From Oikopleura dioica (Eukaryota > Animalia > Chordata), in contig OU015567.1 in NCBI GenBank assembly GCA_907165135.1, positions 6,944,001-7,008,000 of the forward strand: a stretch of DNA of 64,000 nt, in the 5' to 3' direction. The translations under genes and the position numbers were made by a program. Positions 1 through 11,910 of this stretch are shown here, in pieces. The notes below the pieces were generated by a model. It ran no database searches and was not told the origin of the DNA. It saw only the letters and a list, made by a program, of their open reading frames with translations. Each line of letters begins with the position of its first letter. The stretch's first letter is position 1.

Positions 1-16
1 GTTGAAATATTATTAG

Positions 17-1513
17 CGTTTGTGTGGACAATGTTTTCGACTTCACGACTGCCTTTTTATTCTCTTTGGAAGGTCAAACCACCATCGGCTACGGATCACG
101 TGGCCCTACCGTAAGTTAGAAAAATGAGAAATTGTTTATCAGTAATTCAGATAGAGTTGCCTGAAAAACACTTTTTATTTTAGTCTTGTTTCTGTCAAAA
201 TGCTTTTTACAGCAATTTCAGTGCTTTAAAATCTGATTGGCTTTAGTGCTCACATTTTCGAATCTGATTGGCCAAGAAAGAAACGTTTCTAGAACAAATT
301 GTTTTTAAAAATTTTCAAAAAAAAAATATTTTTTTTTCCAACTACAACTAAAAAGAAAATTTGAAAAAATAATGATTTTTATCGTAAACAATTTGTTCTA
401 GAAACATTTATTATAGATATAAGCCAATCAGATTTGAAAATCGGAAAACATAAGCCAATAAGATTTCAGAATTTAAGAAGAAACTTATCGAAAAATAAAG
501 ATTGATCATGTCGTTGGTATTTTTTTTGTAAATAAAATTTTTAGATTCAATGCTGGTTTGTTGTTGTCGTCCAATTTATCCAGTGGCTCCTCGCTTACGC
601 CTTCGATTCCCTCGTCGTTACAATCATTTTCACGAAACTAGCTCGCCCAAAATATCGAGCAAAGAGCATCGAGTTCTCAAAAAGCGCGGTCATCAACGAG
701 CGCGACGGAAAGCTGGTGCTGATCGTCAGAGTCGCCAACCTCCGCGACTCGCTGATGCTGGACGTAACCGTCTCTGGCAAGTTATTGAAAACGCGGCGAA
801 CTCCGGACGGCGAATGGCTCGCACTTGAAGAGCGCAACGTCGAATTCGACAATTCTAAGGCCCTTTTCCTCACTCAACCGGTCGGTAAGTGCATTCTTCT
901 GCATCAAGAGAACTGAAATCATTAAAATTGCAAGACTATATCCACACTATTGACGAGAGATCACCGCTTTACGAGTTGTCGCAGAGTATCCTCGACCGCG
1001 ATGAAGAACCACTTGAACTTGTTGTGATTATGTCCGGTAAAATTTTACTGTCACTGACTTTTACTTACTGTGTTACAGGCATTGTGGAAGGGACTGGAAT
1101 GGCATGCCAAGTGAGAACGTCTTATATTCCCAATGAAATCTTTTGGGGACATAGATTCAGGCCAACGAATTGGGGCTCGAACGCGAAAAGGAAAAGCTTT
1201 ATTTTTCATAAATAAACGATTCAGAACAGGATTGAGCCCCAAAAAGATTACCAAAATAAGACGCTCAATCGATTCCAAGTCGACTACAAAATGTTCCATG
1301 AGCACTATCTGGTAATTAAACATCTCACTAGTCCTTTTGTTACAAAAATATTGGAAGATTGAGCCACTAATGTCTGGAAGAAGCGCAGAAGATCGCGACT
1401 TCGACCGAGAGTCGGAAAGATCGTCAACGACGCAAGAGTATGATACTATCACTCATGAAGTGGCCGTTCGAGCGAATATTCTGGCCAATATGATGACGAA
1501 TACATCCATTTGA
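17..1513 (+). CDS. Inward-rectifier potassium channel (Kir/KCNJ family), 5'-partial, multi-exon
   Basis: Exon 17-110 encodes AFLFSLEGQTTIGYGSRG (Kir pore). Later exons give [74 protein letters not shown] and RFQVDYKMFH. Stop at 1511-1513. Subfamily not assignable. Confidence 0.92.
228..470. repeat. Fold-back/MITE-like inverted repeat in Kir intron
   Basis: AATCTGATTGG...TTTCTAGAACAAATTGTTT (about 230-305) mirrors AAACAATTTGTTCTAGAAAC...AGCCAATCAGATT (about 387-465). Confidence 0.5.
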
Positions 1514-1617
1514 AAGTTCAATTCTGTACTCTGATTTTCAATAATGTAAAACAAACAATCTCTAGAACGGAAAATATATGCGCATATTTTAATTTTGAGA
1601 TGAAAAGGACTAGAACA

Positions 1618-2336
1618 ATGGATTTTGAAGAGATACAGAAGATACTAGGAGAAGATGATTATCAGAAGTCCCTTGTATGGTTCTTTCTATGTTTTACTCT
1701 TGGTTTAAATGCTGGGAAATATTTCGGCCGTATGATCCGTGCAGCTAAAGAATGTGAGTTCTCAGCTTCAAATTTTATCGAAAACTAAGACTTTTTTAGT
1801 CTTCCTCGATTGCTACGACTTTATTCTCGACTGCAACGATTTCGTTGGACGTAAGTTAATTTTTTAATTCAGAAAACGTTTTTGATGACGAGCTGAATTT
1901 AAATTATTTTGAAGGGATTTTGAAAGGATATCGAGAGCGATGCAACTACATCAAGCAAAAAGAAATAATGCATGATTTGGTGGATCGGTATTACAGGCCT
2001 GTCATAGAAAAGAGGCGAAGAGGGGATGAGATGAAAATTCTAGCGGCACTGATGGAATTCCTTTCGAACGAAGCCACCATTTGCACGAAAAAACTGCTTC
2101 ATCAACTGCGAACAGCTGCTACTGATTTGAAAATCATTCACGAAGTCCTGGAGAAAAGAAAAGCAAAAATAAAAGTGAATGTCCATTTTATCGACTCTAA
2201 TCCTAGATAGGTAGAAAAACTACATTGCTCTGTTACGCAGCAGTATCTCAATTCTGTTTTTTTATTTTGTAATAAATATTTCCATGAAACACTCAGCGGT
2301 CATTTCTATGCAGTTCGAAGCATGAAGAACTTCTAG
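1618..2336 (+). CDS. Hypothetical protein (paralog of 2374-3050)
   Basis: GT-AG joinable exons MDFEEIQKILGEDDYQKSL...NEATICTKKLLHQLRTAATDLKIIHEVLEK. No known family recognised. Confidence 0.5.
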
Positions 2337-2373
2337 AACCCACGTTTTGAAGACTTCTGTGATTGAAAAAAAA

Positions 2374-3050
2374 ATGCAGAACATGAAATTTGACCATCCT
2401 TCAAATCTTCCCGAATCAGTGCAGTTATGCATCGTCGGAGTTATTTTAGTGTTTCCTGGCTTCCTTGTCGACATTTATTGTAATGGATGGGCGTATTTTC
2501 TCAAAAGTGAGTAGCAAAGCATTCTCGTCGAAAAATTCATTTTGTTTTTAGAGCAATGGTTACGCCTGAAGCTTTTGTTTCTACGGCTCTGCACTTGGGG
2601 AATACAAATCGCTACATATGTTTTGATTTGCATAAAGGCGATTCAGGTTTTCATCATAAAATTGAGGCTGATTCTGGTTCCTTTCTACATGCCTTTCGTT
2701 AAGTTTTTCAAAAGTAGGTTCGGAAATTGAACGATTCTTCCTAATTGCCTCAGAAATAAGGAAGGATATGAACCGCGATTTTCAATTCACCGAGAACCTG
2801 GCGATAGTAGACCGCGTGCTAAAGGTTCGGATGTTCGCTAAAGTCCTCTGAATTATCGCCTCTTTCATAGAAATTCGCACACAAGCCATTCTCAGCGAGA
2901 AGAAAAGAAAGCACCGTGGATGCTCGTTTCTACGATCGACCCAACGAAATTCAATACCTCAGTACTCAAGAAAAGAACAGGTTGCTGAGAGAAAGCATGA
3001 TTGATTTGAAGACACTGCATAGAGTACTGCAAAATTCTTTTAAAAAATAA
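2374..3050 (+). CDS. Hypothetical protein with hydrophobic N-terminal half
   Basis: Exons MQNMKFDHP...LCIVGVILVFPGFLVDIY / EQWLRLKLLFLRLCTWG... / ...NEIQYLSTQEKNRLLRESMIDLKTLHRVLQNSFKK*. Confidence 0.5.
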
Positions 3051-3342
3051 AGGCAAAGCATTCCTTATAAACGTCTCAAAGAAAAAAGGAAGAACTTTTG
3101 AGTTATACAGAGTGTTATGGATGGTGTAGATTGGAAGTCGTAATTCTGTTGTGTTTAGGGATAAAACGGTATATTTATAGAAAAAACTGGAAAGCTTTGG
3201 AAGAATATAATTGACCTTTGCATCTCTGTTTTGGCGAAAATAATAGAAGCTCATGTTTGATCCTCTTTCTAGTTCGCTCGGATGGTAAATTATAAGAGAC
3301 TCGTATATTGTGTATACGAAAAAAGGTAGTTTATTGTGTGGG

Positions 3343-3611
3343 TTACATATAATCGAGGAATTTATTCGCATGTCCTTTGTGCTTCGTCAATTCTTCGTGG
3401 TTGTTCGAGTTCGAATTATGCTTTTTGCTGTTGAAAAATAAGTAGCTATTGCTTCCTTGGTTCTTTTCCGTGTTCATAACTCTACTCGTTTTAATGAAGC
3501 CTAAAATTTTTAATTTTCAATTAATGAACGCTCCAGAATTTGCATTGGCGAGATTCTTGAGAAACACTCGGCGGAACTCAAAAGCAGGAAAAAACTAGAA
3601 AACGCTCTCAT
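3343..3611 (-). CDS. Possible small secreted protein
   Basis: ATG 3611 gives MRAFSSFFLLLSSAECFS (signal-peptide-like), joinable to an open Asn-rich exon. 3' end uncertain. Confidence 0.28.
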
Positions 3612-4318
3612 TCTTGTGATTTATGCACTTTCTTCGATTTTGCGCTCGTGTTAAATAGCGTCCCGGTTGATTGAATATTAACGCACGATCAGTGAGAGTT
3701 GTGAGTACTATACTACAAGCTATTAATATTAGTGCCACGGATTAGCTCTCTAATCCGATGGAAGGCCTGTATCTTTCCGGAGTTCAGACTCAGAACTTAG
3801 AAGATCGCGCTCCTGCAAATAAGAGCAACTTCGATGCGAGAATATGCTCTTCTGACACTGTTATTTCTTGGAATTCAAGTTCAACAGAATTTAAAAAGGG
3901 CGTCTCTATTTTACAGGGCAAATACTTTTGAGAGGTCTCCACTTTAGCGGGTACCCGCAAAAGGGTCGCCATTTCAACGGATTTTCTTTAATATAATTGC
4001 GTAAAATCCGTTTTTATGGGGACTCTTTTGTGAGCGCCCGTTAAAATGGAGACTTCCCCAAAGTATTTGAACGAAAAAAGAGGAGACCCTATTTTAAATC
4101 TTTCCAGATTCAAAGTCAGTCAATCTGTTTATTGTAAAACCTCACATGTGAAACGAAAGAGAAGTGAACTCAGACAGAAGATTTTCAAGAGAAATAAAGA
4201 AACAATTAATTAAAAAAAAAGAATGCTTATTTTTACAGAATTTGGTTTTGAAGAGATGAAAAAACAAATCGACTAAATTGTGAAAAATGGGGGCAGTGAG
4301 TGTTAAAATCTTCTAAAT

Positions 4319-6633
4319 TTACTTCTTGTCGATGACAATAATAGCGTGCTGTCCTCCGCCAGAAATGGCCACAACCTAAAATTGGCGTTAAAATGCGTTG
4401 TCAAAAGTTATATTCGGACGAGATCCACGCAAGTACTAATTGAACAAAACAACTTCCCAATTCTATTTCTGATTACCTTTTGTCCTTCAATCTGTTTGCC
4501 AGCAACTTGCACGGGCTCCCACTCGTCGTCTTCCGATCCGTTGGTCAGCTGAAGATTGCTGCCCATTCCCCAGGCAAAGGCGCTTCCATCTTCGGCCAGA
4601 GCATAGGAGCAACAACTAATTGACAGATTAGATCCAACAAATATCGACACAAAAGACTAACCTTCCAGTTCCAACAGAAACGATTTTCTTCTCAATCGCT
4701 ACTTTCCTCAAAACTGAGCTTTCTCGGAGAGTTTCCTTTTCTCCGACTCCTAATCGGCCGTAATCGCCGCATCCGATCGTGAATACATCACCTTGAGAGA
4801 ATTTGTTCATTCAATTAATTTTAAATTAAGTATGTAATTGAAAATCAAAGCCGATAAATTATCGGCGATAATTGAGAAAGCTTGGGGCTTCTCGATTATT
4901 AGATTATACCGAAGATTTCGTACCTTCTTTAGACAGCAGGACGGAATGATGCATTCCCGAGGAGATTTGCTTGACTTCTACAGCGTTCCCTTCGAACTTG
5001 TAAGGCACTACTTCGGGACTGAAAAGAAGAAGATGAAATAAACGCTCGAGAAATACAAATCTTACCTGAATCTGATCTCCCGATCGCCGAATCCAATCTG
5101 GTAGCAATTATTCAATCCGAATCCAAGAACAGCTCCAGAAGACATGATCAAAAACGAGCTGAATTGACCGCATGCAATGTCCTCTACTTCTCCATATACG
5201 CGCTAAAAATACAGCTCCTTATTTCAAATTGCGACAATTCATATTTGATCAGATTTGGCAAATTGCTCTAGCAATACTTGGGTTTTGAGCGCTACTCAAA
5301 ATAGAAAGAAAAAAGAAAGCATGTCCACTTACCTTGTACTTTTTCTGCAGATGGATCATTTCAGCTTTTAGAATTTTGCCAAGGCCTCTTCGCCCACCCT
5401 TGGTGCAGAAGTGCGACGAAATCTAGTCAACTCGATAAAAAACGGATCAATTTTTGATTGCTTACTCTTCCAAGCTGTCCACTTTCAGCACATCCCATAC
5501 TCCAAACATTTCCTTCCGTGTCCAAAAGGATCAAATGATCCGCTCCAGAGGCAATTCTTACTACCTTAAAAGAAACTCTTGATCCCTCTATCCCCCTTTT
5601 CGATTTACCTTCTTTGAGATTTCCAGCTTGGCCGGCTCCTTGATGATCGCTTTACTCATTTCTTTATCGTCAGTATTTCCAGCAGTAGCGCCCATTCGCC
5701 CGTTCGCATCTCGGAAAGTACCCCAGATCCACACAGCTCCGTCATTGGTCAAAACAGCGGAGTGCGAATCCCCGGCGCAGCAGAAGATCGCATCTGTCAC
5801 TCCTGCGACCCTTGAAAGAACATGAGTTTTAGTCAAATTTTTTGATTGCTTACTTTGCTGGAAGAAAAGCTTCCTCTTCCTCTTTCGTCTCGCGGCCGAG
5901 GGCGCCTTCGTCGTTGCAGCCGAAAGTGTAAACATCGCCCGAGTCGCCGATGCATACGTTGTGCATGCCTCCAGCTGCCGCGCAGAGAATTGGCTCGTCC
6001 AATTCTTTCACAAGAGCGGGCTTCTTTCGCTCTGAAAAATTCTTTTCCTTCAACTTCGTAATTCTCGCTCTTACCCATGATATCTTCTCCACAGCCGAGT
6101 TGTCCAGCATCGCCCATTCCAAACGCCAGCAAGACTCCATTCTCCGGCCACTGTTCCCTCGTGAACGGCTTCGCGAAGCTCTCCTGCCTCGACACCGTTT
6201 CCAACAGCGATCGTCTCCCCTTTGGTCGGCCTCGTTTCTTTGGCATGTCTGGAAGCTCAGAGAGAGAAGACGACTTTTTCATTTTCGCCGGAGAATCGCC
6301 GCCAGAAGGATGAGCGCGCTTTTTCGGTCGCCCGCGTCCCCTCTTAGGACTTTCTTCCACTTCTAAAGTCGTTCTCAAGATGGAGAGCGGAGGGAGATTT
6401 ACCTAGATTGGCAACTTTGTCGACGATTTCCTTCGTCGTCTCGGATCCCTGGCTCTCTTGGCTAGCCGGCTCTTCTTCCTCTGGAACGTCCTTTAGCACT
6501 TCTTGACTCTCTTTAGCTTGGCTCTCAGTTTCTGCCATTTTCGTTGCTTTCTGAAATAAAGAAGGTTATAACCGATTCATCTCTCTATATTATTAGGCAG
6601 TAAATTGAGCAAGAGTACCTTCGGTCTCGCCAT
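4319..6633 (-). CDS. RCC1: Regulator of chromosome condensation 1 (RCC1 repeats, Ran GEF)
   Basis: RCC1 repeats [99 protein letters not shown] and [14 protein letters not shown]. Basic/acidic N-terminal tail with AT-hook-like RGRGRPKK. Confidence 0.92.
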
Positions 6634-6836
6634 TTTCAAAAAAAGAGCCTCCTCGAGAATTCAAAAAATAGGCTTTTGCTGCTCTCTGTAAACCGATTTT
6701 CGATCGAAATGAGAGCAGTTCAAATTTAGAACAACAACTTGATAAAATCAGAAAAACAAAAATTCTCTCAGGCGGTAGATTGAGATCGCGGACCGTAGGT
6801 GAGTTGATGAAATCAAGGAAGAGAAAGGCAGAAATT

Positions 6837-7524
6837 TCAGCGCTTGAAAAAGCGACTGATAGAACATTGATTAACAGCGGATGTGTTTTTGTTCTTATTT
6901 CTTGGGACGCGAGTGAAGCGCCCTTGCATTTTCTTGCTTTTCTGCGCGTTTTCTTCTAGGACTTCTTTCATCGACACTTTCGTAAGCTTGGCCCGAGCGC
7001 ATTTTCCTTCAAGCTTTTTTCTTCGCTTTTCGTCGTAACGAATCCCATTCCAGAATTCTTCAACGCTCGGCTTTTCGCCTTTTTCCGCATCTAAAAAGAT
7101 GTGAAGAGATCTTCGAGACCCTGACTCAGGTTTTCTACACAGGTTACCGAATACACAGTTTGAATTACCTCTGATAGAAGTAGAATAAGGACTGTAGAAA
7201 GATTCATGAATGGCAGCTCCGATTTCCGCTCTATTCTTTCTCGCCAATCCGTAAATATCTTTGGAAAACAACTGTGAATTTGAACATTTCTTCTTCGAAT
7301 CCAACTTATCCAAAGACACTTGAATTGCTCCGTTTTTATCTTGGCGAGTGTTGTAAACGACGATGTCGAGGGAAGCTTCGTCGTTTTTTGCGAACTCTTC
7401 TTTGGCTCTTCTTTGGTTTGAGAACGAATCAGAAGGGGGGATAGTCGAGCCGCGGCCCTGAGAGAGCGAATTTCGCCAAATTTGGGGATGAGCCACATTC
7501 GGATGTTATTGAATCGACTGTCAT
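6837..7524 (-). CDS. Hypothetical basic protein with C-terminal PIP box
   Basis: Long open frame ending QCSISRFFKR* (QxxIxxFF). Contains a 78-nt GT-AG intron-like segment at 7091-7168. Start exon uncertain. Confidence 0.5.
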
Positions 7525-7603
7525 TAGCCGCCCTGTATCAAAGGTTTTGAATGAGTAGGAATAATGATCTCATTATTCGGAGATTTTTGGAATTATTCCT
7601 GGT

Positions 7604-7646
7604 TTTTGATTGGCTGAGGCAAAAAATACTGGCCTCTGATTGGCTG
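7604..7646 (-). promoter_or_regulatory. Two CCAAT (NF-Y-type) boxes 30 bp apart
   Basis: Minus strand reads TCAGCCAATCA twice (ATTGG at 7609 and 7639 on +), upstream of the PIP-box gene and RCC1. Confidence 0.42.
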
Positions 7647-8196
7647 AAATTCCCCATGGACCCAAAAATAGCCTTATTTTCTAGTCAACATGGTATTTTA
7701 TAAATTCTTACAAATTTTGATATTTTTTCAAACTAAAAAAATTAAATTTGAAATTCAACTTAGTTTTTTAACCTTTTTCCTTCATCCAATCCAGCTGCAA
7801 TAATAGTCTTCAGCAATTCGATTTCCTTCTTTTTGCTCATCTCTTCTTCTTTTTCTCCTTTTACAAAAATCGTTTTTTGGAACGTTCGTTTTTTCCAAAA
7901 CTCTTGAATTCGTGATTGGCCGTTGAATCAGGCGCGCAATTTGAATCGCCGCCGGGATCAGATGGTTTTTGGCCTTTCTCTTGTGAGGTGGCTTGTGGGT
8001 GTGGTGGATTTTGAAGATCGAAGCGAATTGATATTGAGCAGGGACGGAGCTGCTCAAAGGAGCCAATAAGCGACGAGCGCTGAGCCAAAAGCAGCTCAAG
8101 CTCCAGAGCGCCCGAACCCGACTCCAGCTCAAAAACAATTTCAAAAAAGAGAGAGAAAAGAAATTGAACGAAAAATAACGGAAGAAGATTTTTAAG

Positions 8197-8590
8197 GAAG
8201 AGAAAGATGTGGAATTGCGTGGAGGATCGAGTGGGAAACGACAAATACGGGGGAAGAGTGATTCGAAGAATCATTTTCGACGACATTTACGCCGATCGAA
8301 TCGCAGTTTTGAGTCAAAATCCAATTTCCAGAGCAGCTTATCCTCATCTAAAGGTACTGTAGCGCTAATAAATTGTCGTTTCCAACCTTTTTTTCAACCA
8401 GAGCGGCGACAAAGTGGTCTTCTACGACAACTGCGAAATCAAAGAAGGGAGCTTTCTTCTCTCATCCGAGCAGAAATCCACTTATCTCAACCCAAAAACA
8501 ATCATCGGCGAAGTTTTATCGACAGAAGAAGAGATCAGAAACTTCTGCAAATCGCATGGAATCGCCAAGAACGCACAAAGTTTACACACG
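8197..8590 (+). CDS. Hypothetical protein fragment
   Basis: Two joinable exons MWNCVEDRVGNDKYGGRVIRRIIFDDIYADRIAVLSQNPISRAAYPHLK / SGDKVVFYDNCEIKEG... Ends uncertain. Confidence 0.3.
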
Positions 8591-8743
8591 TAAGTTGAAG
8601 TTTATCAAAAATGAAATGAATAGAAAGCGAGAAAGCCGCAAGCTTTTCTTCGTTTTTTTTTTCAAGCGAAAGTATCAAAAATCGGATGACTTTCAATTCG
8701 TTTTAGTCTGGTGATCGAAGCTTATTTATTCCTGGAACGAAAA

Positions 8744-9421
8744 ATGAGCAGCGCGCGAGAAGCCCACTTCCCAGATAATACTGGTTCACGGATGAGCAGC
8801 CCGATGAGCCGAAAGCGTCCAGCGCCCGTGATGAACGAACAGCTGGCGCAGGCGAAAGCTTCGCGGATTCTCAATGCGATGGGCTTTCCCAATCCGGCTT
8901 TGGCTGTCTCTCCTCTTTCATCTGCTCCAAACTTGTCACCAATCGCGCTCCAAGCGCAACAACTCGCTCTTCAGCAACAAATTTCTTCAAAAAACAAAGA
9001 AGAAAACGATGAAACTCAAACGAAAAAAGCTAAAAACGAAGCCGAATCGATCGAGGTAAGATTAACCCGTCTTAGAGAGGGTTAACCCAGGGACAGAAAT
9101 AAACCCATTTCTTCAAGCCCAAATCCCCTGAAAAGCAAGCTGCAAGTGAAGACTCAAATTCAATGGACATTCAGGCAAATTCCCAAATTGAAAATAACAC
9201 TGAAGCAGGTATGAAGCGACCTTTTTTGTTCATCTCTATTTTTTTTTTTGCAGAAATCTCAGAAATTGAAATAAAAACGGAACCAACTGGAGGAGAAATC
9301 GCCGTCGTCGAACTCGAAGAAAATAACGACGATAATCTTCCTCTCGATCAACTTCCAGGGCCGAGCAATACAAACAACGTCTTTCAAAATCCCTCCGACT
9401 TCCAGCTTCCTAACAACCAAT
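8744..9421 (+). CDS. Common N-terminal exons of a modular DNA-binding protein locus
   Basis: MSSAREAHF...MSRKRPAP (NLS-like), Q-rich and acidic segments, IKTE. Three GT-AG exons, the last ending in a phase-1 donor at 9421/9422. Confidence 0.7.
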
Positions 9422-9692
9422 GTAAGTTCTTTTTTAGTTCTCCTTGGTTTTTATTCAAGAGGGAGCATCTTTGCTCGGCTGTGAAAAAAAGCCTAAGTCA
9501 GGGACTTGAAAGAGCTTCAACTAAAAGCTGCGAGGCGGCTTTTCGAAAAAACGAAGCCGCAAAGCGGCTTCGCCAAAGTTAGCATCTCGATTCTACACGG
9601 TTTTTCGTTAAAGATTTTACGGGACCCTGACTCAGGTTTTCAACACAGGTTTCCGAGCCATGGGGAGTATTTTTTCTAAAGAAAGTCTTCAG

Positions 9693-10244
9693 TTGTATTC
9701 GACAAGCATGAAATGTCGACCGAAGGAAAGCCCTCTTTGAATGATATCGTGCTCAATAAAGTGGTCCGACACGATAAAGGAAACAAGTTTCCAATTATAA
9801 CTTTTCACGTGAGCATCAGCGGGAAAGAGTATCAATACCTAATTCGCCGGGCGGGCAGGGGTTCCATCCATATTCGATGCAGGAAGGAAAGGGACTGTCG
9901 AGCGGGGCTCAGGTCGGGTTGGAAAAGTCCTCCTTTTTCGCCTCTTTTGGTCGGCTTTTTGACCGCTTTTGGTCATTTTTCAACCTTTGAAAAGACTCTA
10001 TTGCCCAGCGCTGATTTACCAAAACCCGGATTCGGAAAAATTCAAAAACGCCAAGTTTAAATTCGATCGAAACCACCCACTAGTCGAGGACTTGTCGGCC
10101 TATCGAATCGCCCAAGCCGCCCCTGAAATGATTCAGGAGCATACTTGTCCTCTTGAAGTTCATGAAACTTGGCAAGTTAATTATGAGCTTCCGACCATTC
10201 AAATTCAGCAAGAAGACGAAGACTCTTTTCATATTCATAACTGA
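9693..10244 (+). CDS. Alternative terminal module A: FLYWCH/WRKY-GCM1-like zinc finger
   Basis: Phase-1 acceptor at 9692. YQYLIRRAGRGSIHIRCRKERDCRAGL-RLYC...QEHTC (C-x4-C...H-x-C). Own stop at 10244. Confidence 0.6.
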
Positions 10245-10335
10245 AAATCATTTTTTGACAAAATTGCATCTTACCCATTTATTTTTCCATCAAAAATCCC
10301 ATTTCAGAAAAAGCAACTCAATATTTTTCTTTCAG

Positions 10336-10514
10336 TATCTCGGAATGGAGTCTTCCCAAACGTCCCCGTATCCGACCAAAACGATCCTGCCTCGCAGCAC
10401 TGGGCATTGATGCAAATGAGCGGCTTAACCATCCAAAACGGACTTCAACAACTGGCCAATACGCAGAACAGTAGAACTCCACCTAGACAATCTTCAAAGA
10501 CCTACTCGACCAAG
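10336..10514 (+). CDS. Linker exon B (phase 1 in, phase 0 out)
   Basis: Open only as SRNGVFPNVPVSDQNDPASQHWALMQMSG...KTYSTK, between a TTTCAG acceptor and a GTAAG donor. Confidence 0.6.
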
Positions 10515-10812
10515 GTAAGATCCTAAAAGCTCGTTTTTCGGAACATTTTGGTGAAAGTGGTCTATTTTTAATGAATGAGAGCTTCATATATAAATTCATA
10601 ATCATACTGTGATTCTGATTTCAGAGTGACTTATTTTCGCGGAAACTCGAGATCGGACAGTCACTCTGGAATCAGAATCGCGGTAATTTAATATGGCATT
10701 TGTATGCATCTTTGCGAGTTTTTCCTTGCATCTTGTCTGTAACGCAAAAAATGGGCCTCATCCACAAAAAAAGTAGTCACGTTCCATCCGAAACGTAATA
10801 TTTTCCGTTCAG

Positions 10813-11239
10813 GTCGCGAAAAATAGACCCGATGGACCAACTACTTGGAGGCCTGTTGTGTACGACAAGATGGAGCAAAAGCTCGCGGAAATGCGCGAAG
10901 AGGGCATGACCATTGACGGCATTGAAGCAGAATATACCCAAGCAGATCTCCCCACGGGGTACATTCGCTGCGTCGGCCCTTGTCGGAATAAAAACGCGCC
11001 CATGTTGTCCCACACCGGCACCGGCAACGAAGTCAAACTTAAATTATTCAACGGTGAATATTTTTATTTCTTCCTCAATCCATAAAAATCTAGTGCGCCG
11101 TCACGTGATGCGCTATCACAATCCGAACTGGAGGCCGGGGGAGCGAGGGAATACCGACAATCCCCAAAATTATCATTTGAGCATCGCTACTGCTAATACT
11201 GCCAATCCAAAAGAATACATGCAAATGCCATATTATTAA
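10813..11239 (+). CDS. Alternative terminal module D: BED-like zinc finger
   Basis: Phase-0 acceptor. GYIRCVGPC...GTGNEVKLKLFNVRRHVMRYH (C-x3-C...H-x4-H). Own stop. Confidence 0.62.
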
Positions 11240-11315
11240 ATTGTTGTCAAAAATGCAATAATCTGAAAGCTCCTTATTTATAGTTTTTTTAATGAGCTGA
11301 AACTGGTTTAATTAG

Positions 11316-11685
11316 AGGCAGACTAATAAAGCGAGGGATGAGGATCCGGACGCTACGTACGAGCCGTTAGTGGTCGAGAAAGTAAAGCGCAAAGTGCGAG
11401 AGTGGAGTAGCAAGGGGTACACGATCGAGGGATTTGAAGGCGAGTTCAAGAACGGCGAAGCGACAGGGTACGCGCGCTGCGTTGGCGAGTGCAACCAGCC
11501 CGGTCTCCTGGTCAAAGTGACCGGCTCGGGCACTGCGCTGAATATTTGGAGACGTAAGTCTTAATCTTTCTTATTTCGCGATATATAGAATTCCAAATAT
11601 TTATCTCATTTTCTCTAATTTAGTCGTCCAGCACATAAAACGGAGACATGCGCCGCCGCATCCCATGCCCATGCTTGAACAATGA
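11316..11685 (+). CDS. Alternative terminal module E: BED-like zinc finger (paralog of D)
   Basis: Phase-0 acceptor with no ATG. GYARCVGEC...GSGTALNIWRLVQHIKRRH. Own stop at 11683-11685. Confidence 0.62.
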
Positions 11686-11910
11686 ACTTTTATCATTTAT
11701 CTTCTTCTTCCAAGAAAGCTCAGAACTCAAATCCGACAAATATTTGAAATATTCCTTTTTCCGCTCTTCACTTCAATTCACAAAAATGCCTTCCCTCATT
11801 TTCCGAAACAATAATTTTATTTGCAATAAAGAAAAATCAAATTTAAAATCTTCTCGATTGTAATATTGAAGCATTTTAACCAAATTGAATTCATGGATTC
11901 CTTTTTTCAG

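Noticed and set aside
3790-3972. 60-aa minus-strand ORF downstream of RCC1
   Set aside because: It could be a first exon, but I found no convincing continuation or homology.
10625-10798. A fifth alternative terminal exon (phase-0 acceptor at about 10624)
   Set aside because: It is open for about 57 codons but encodes no recognisable domain, so support is too weak to list.
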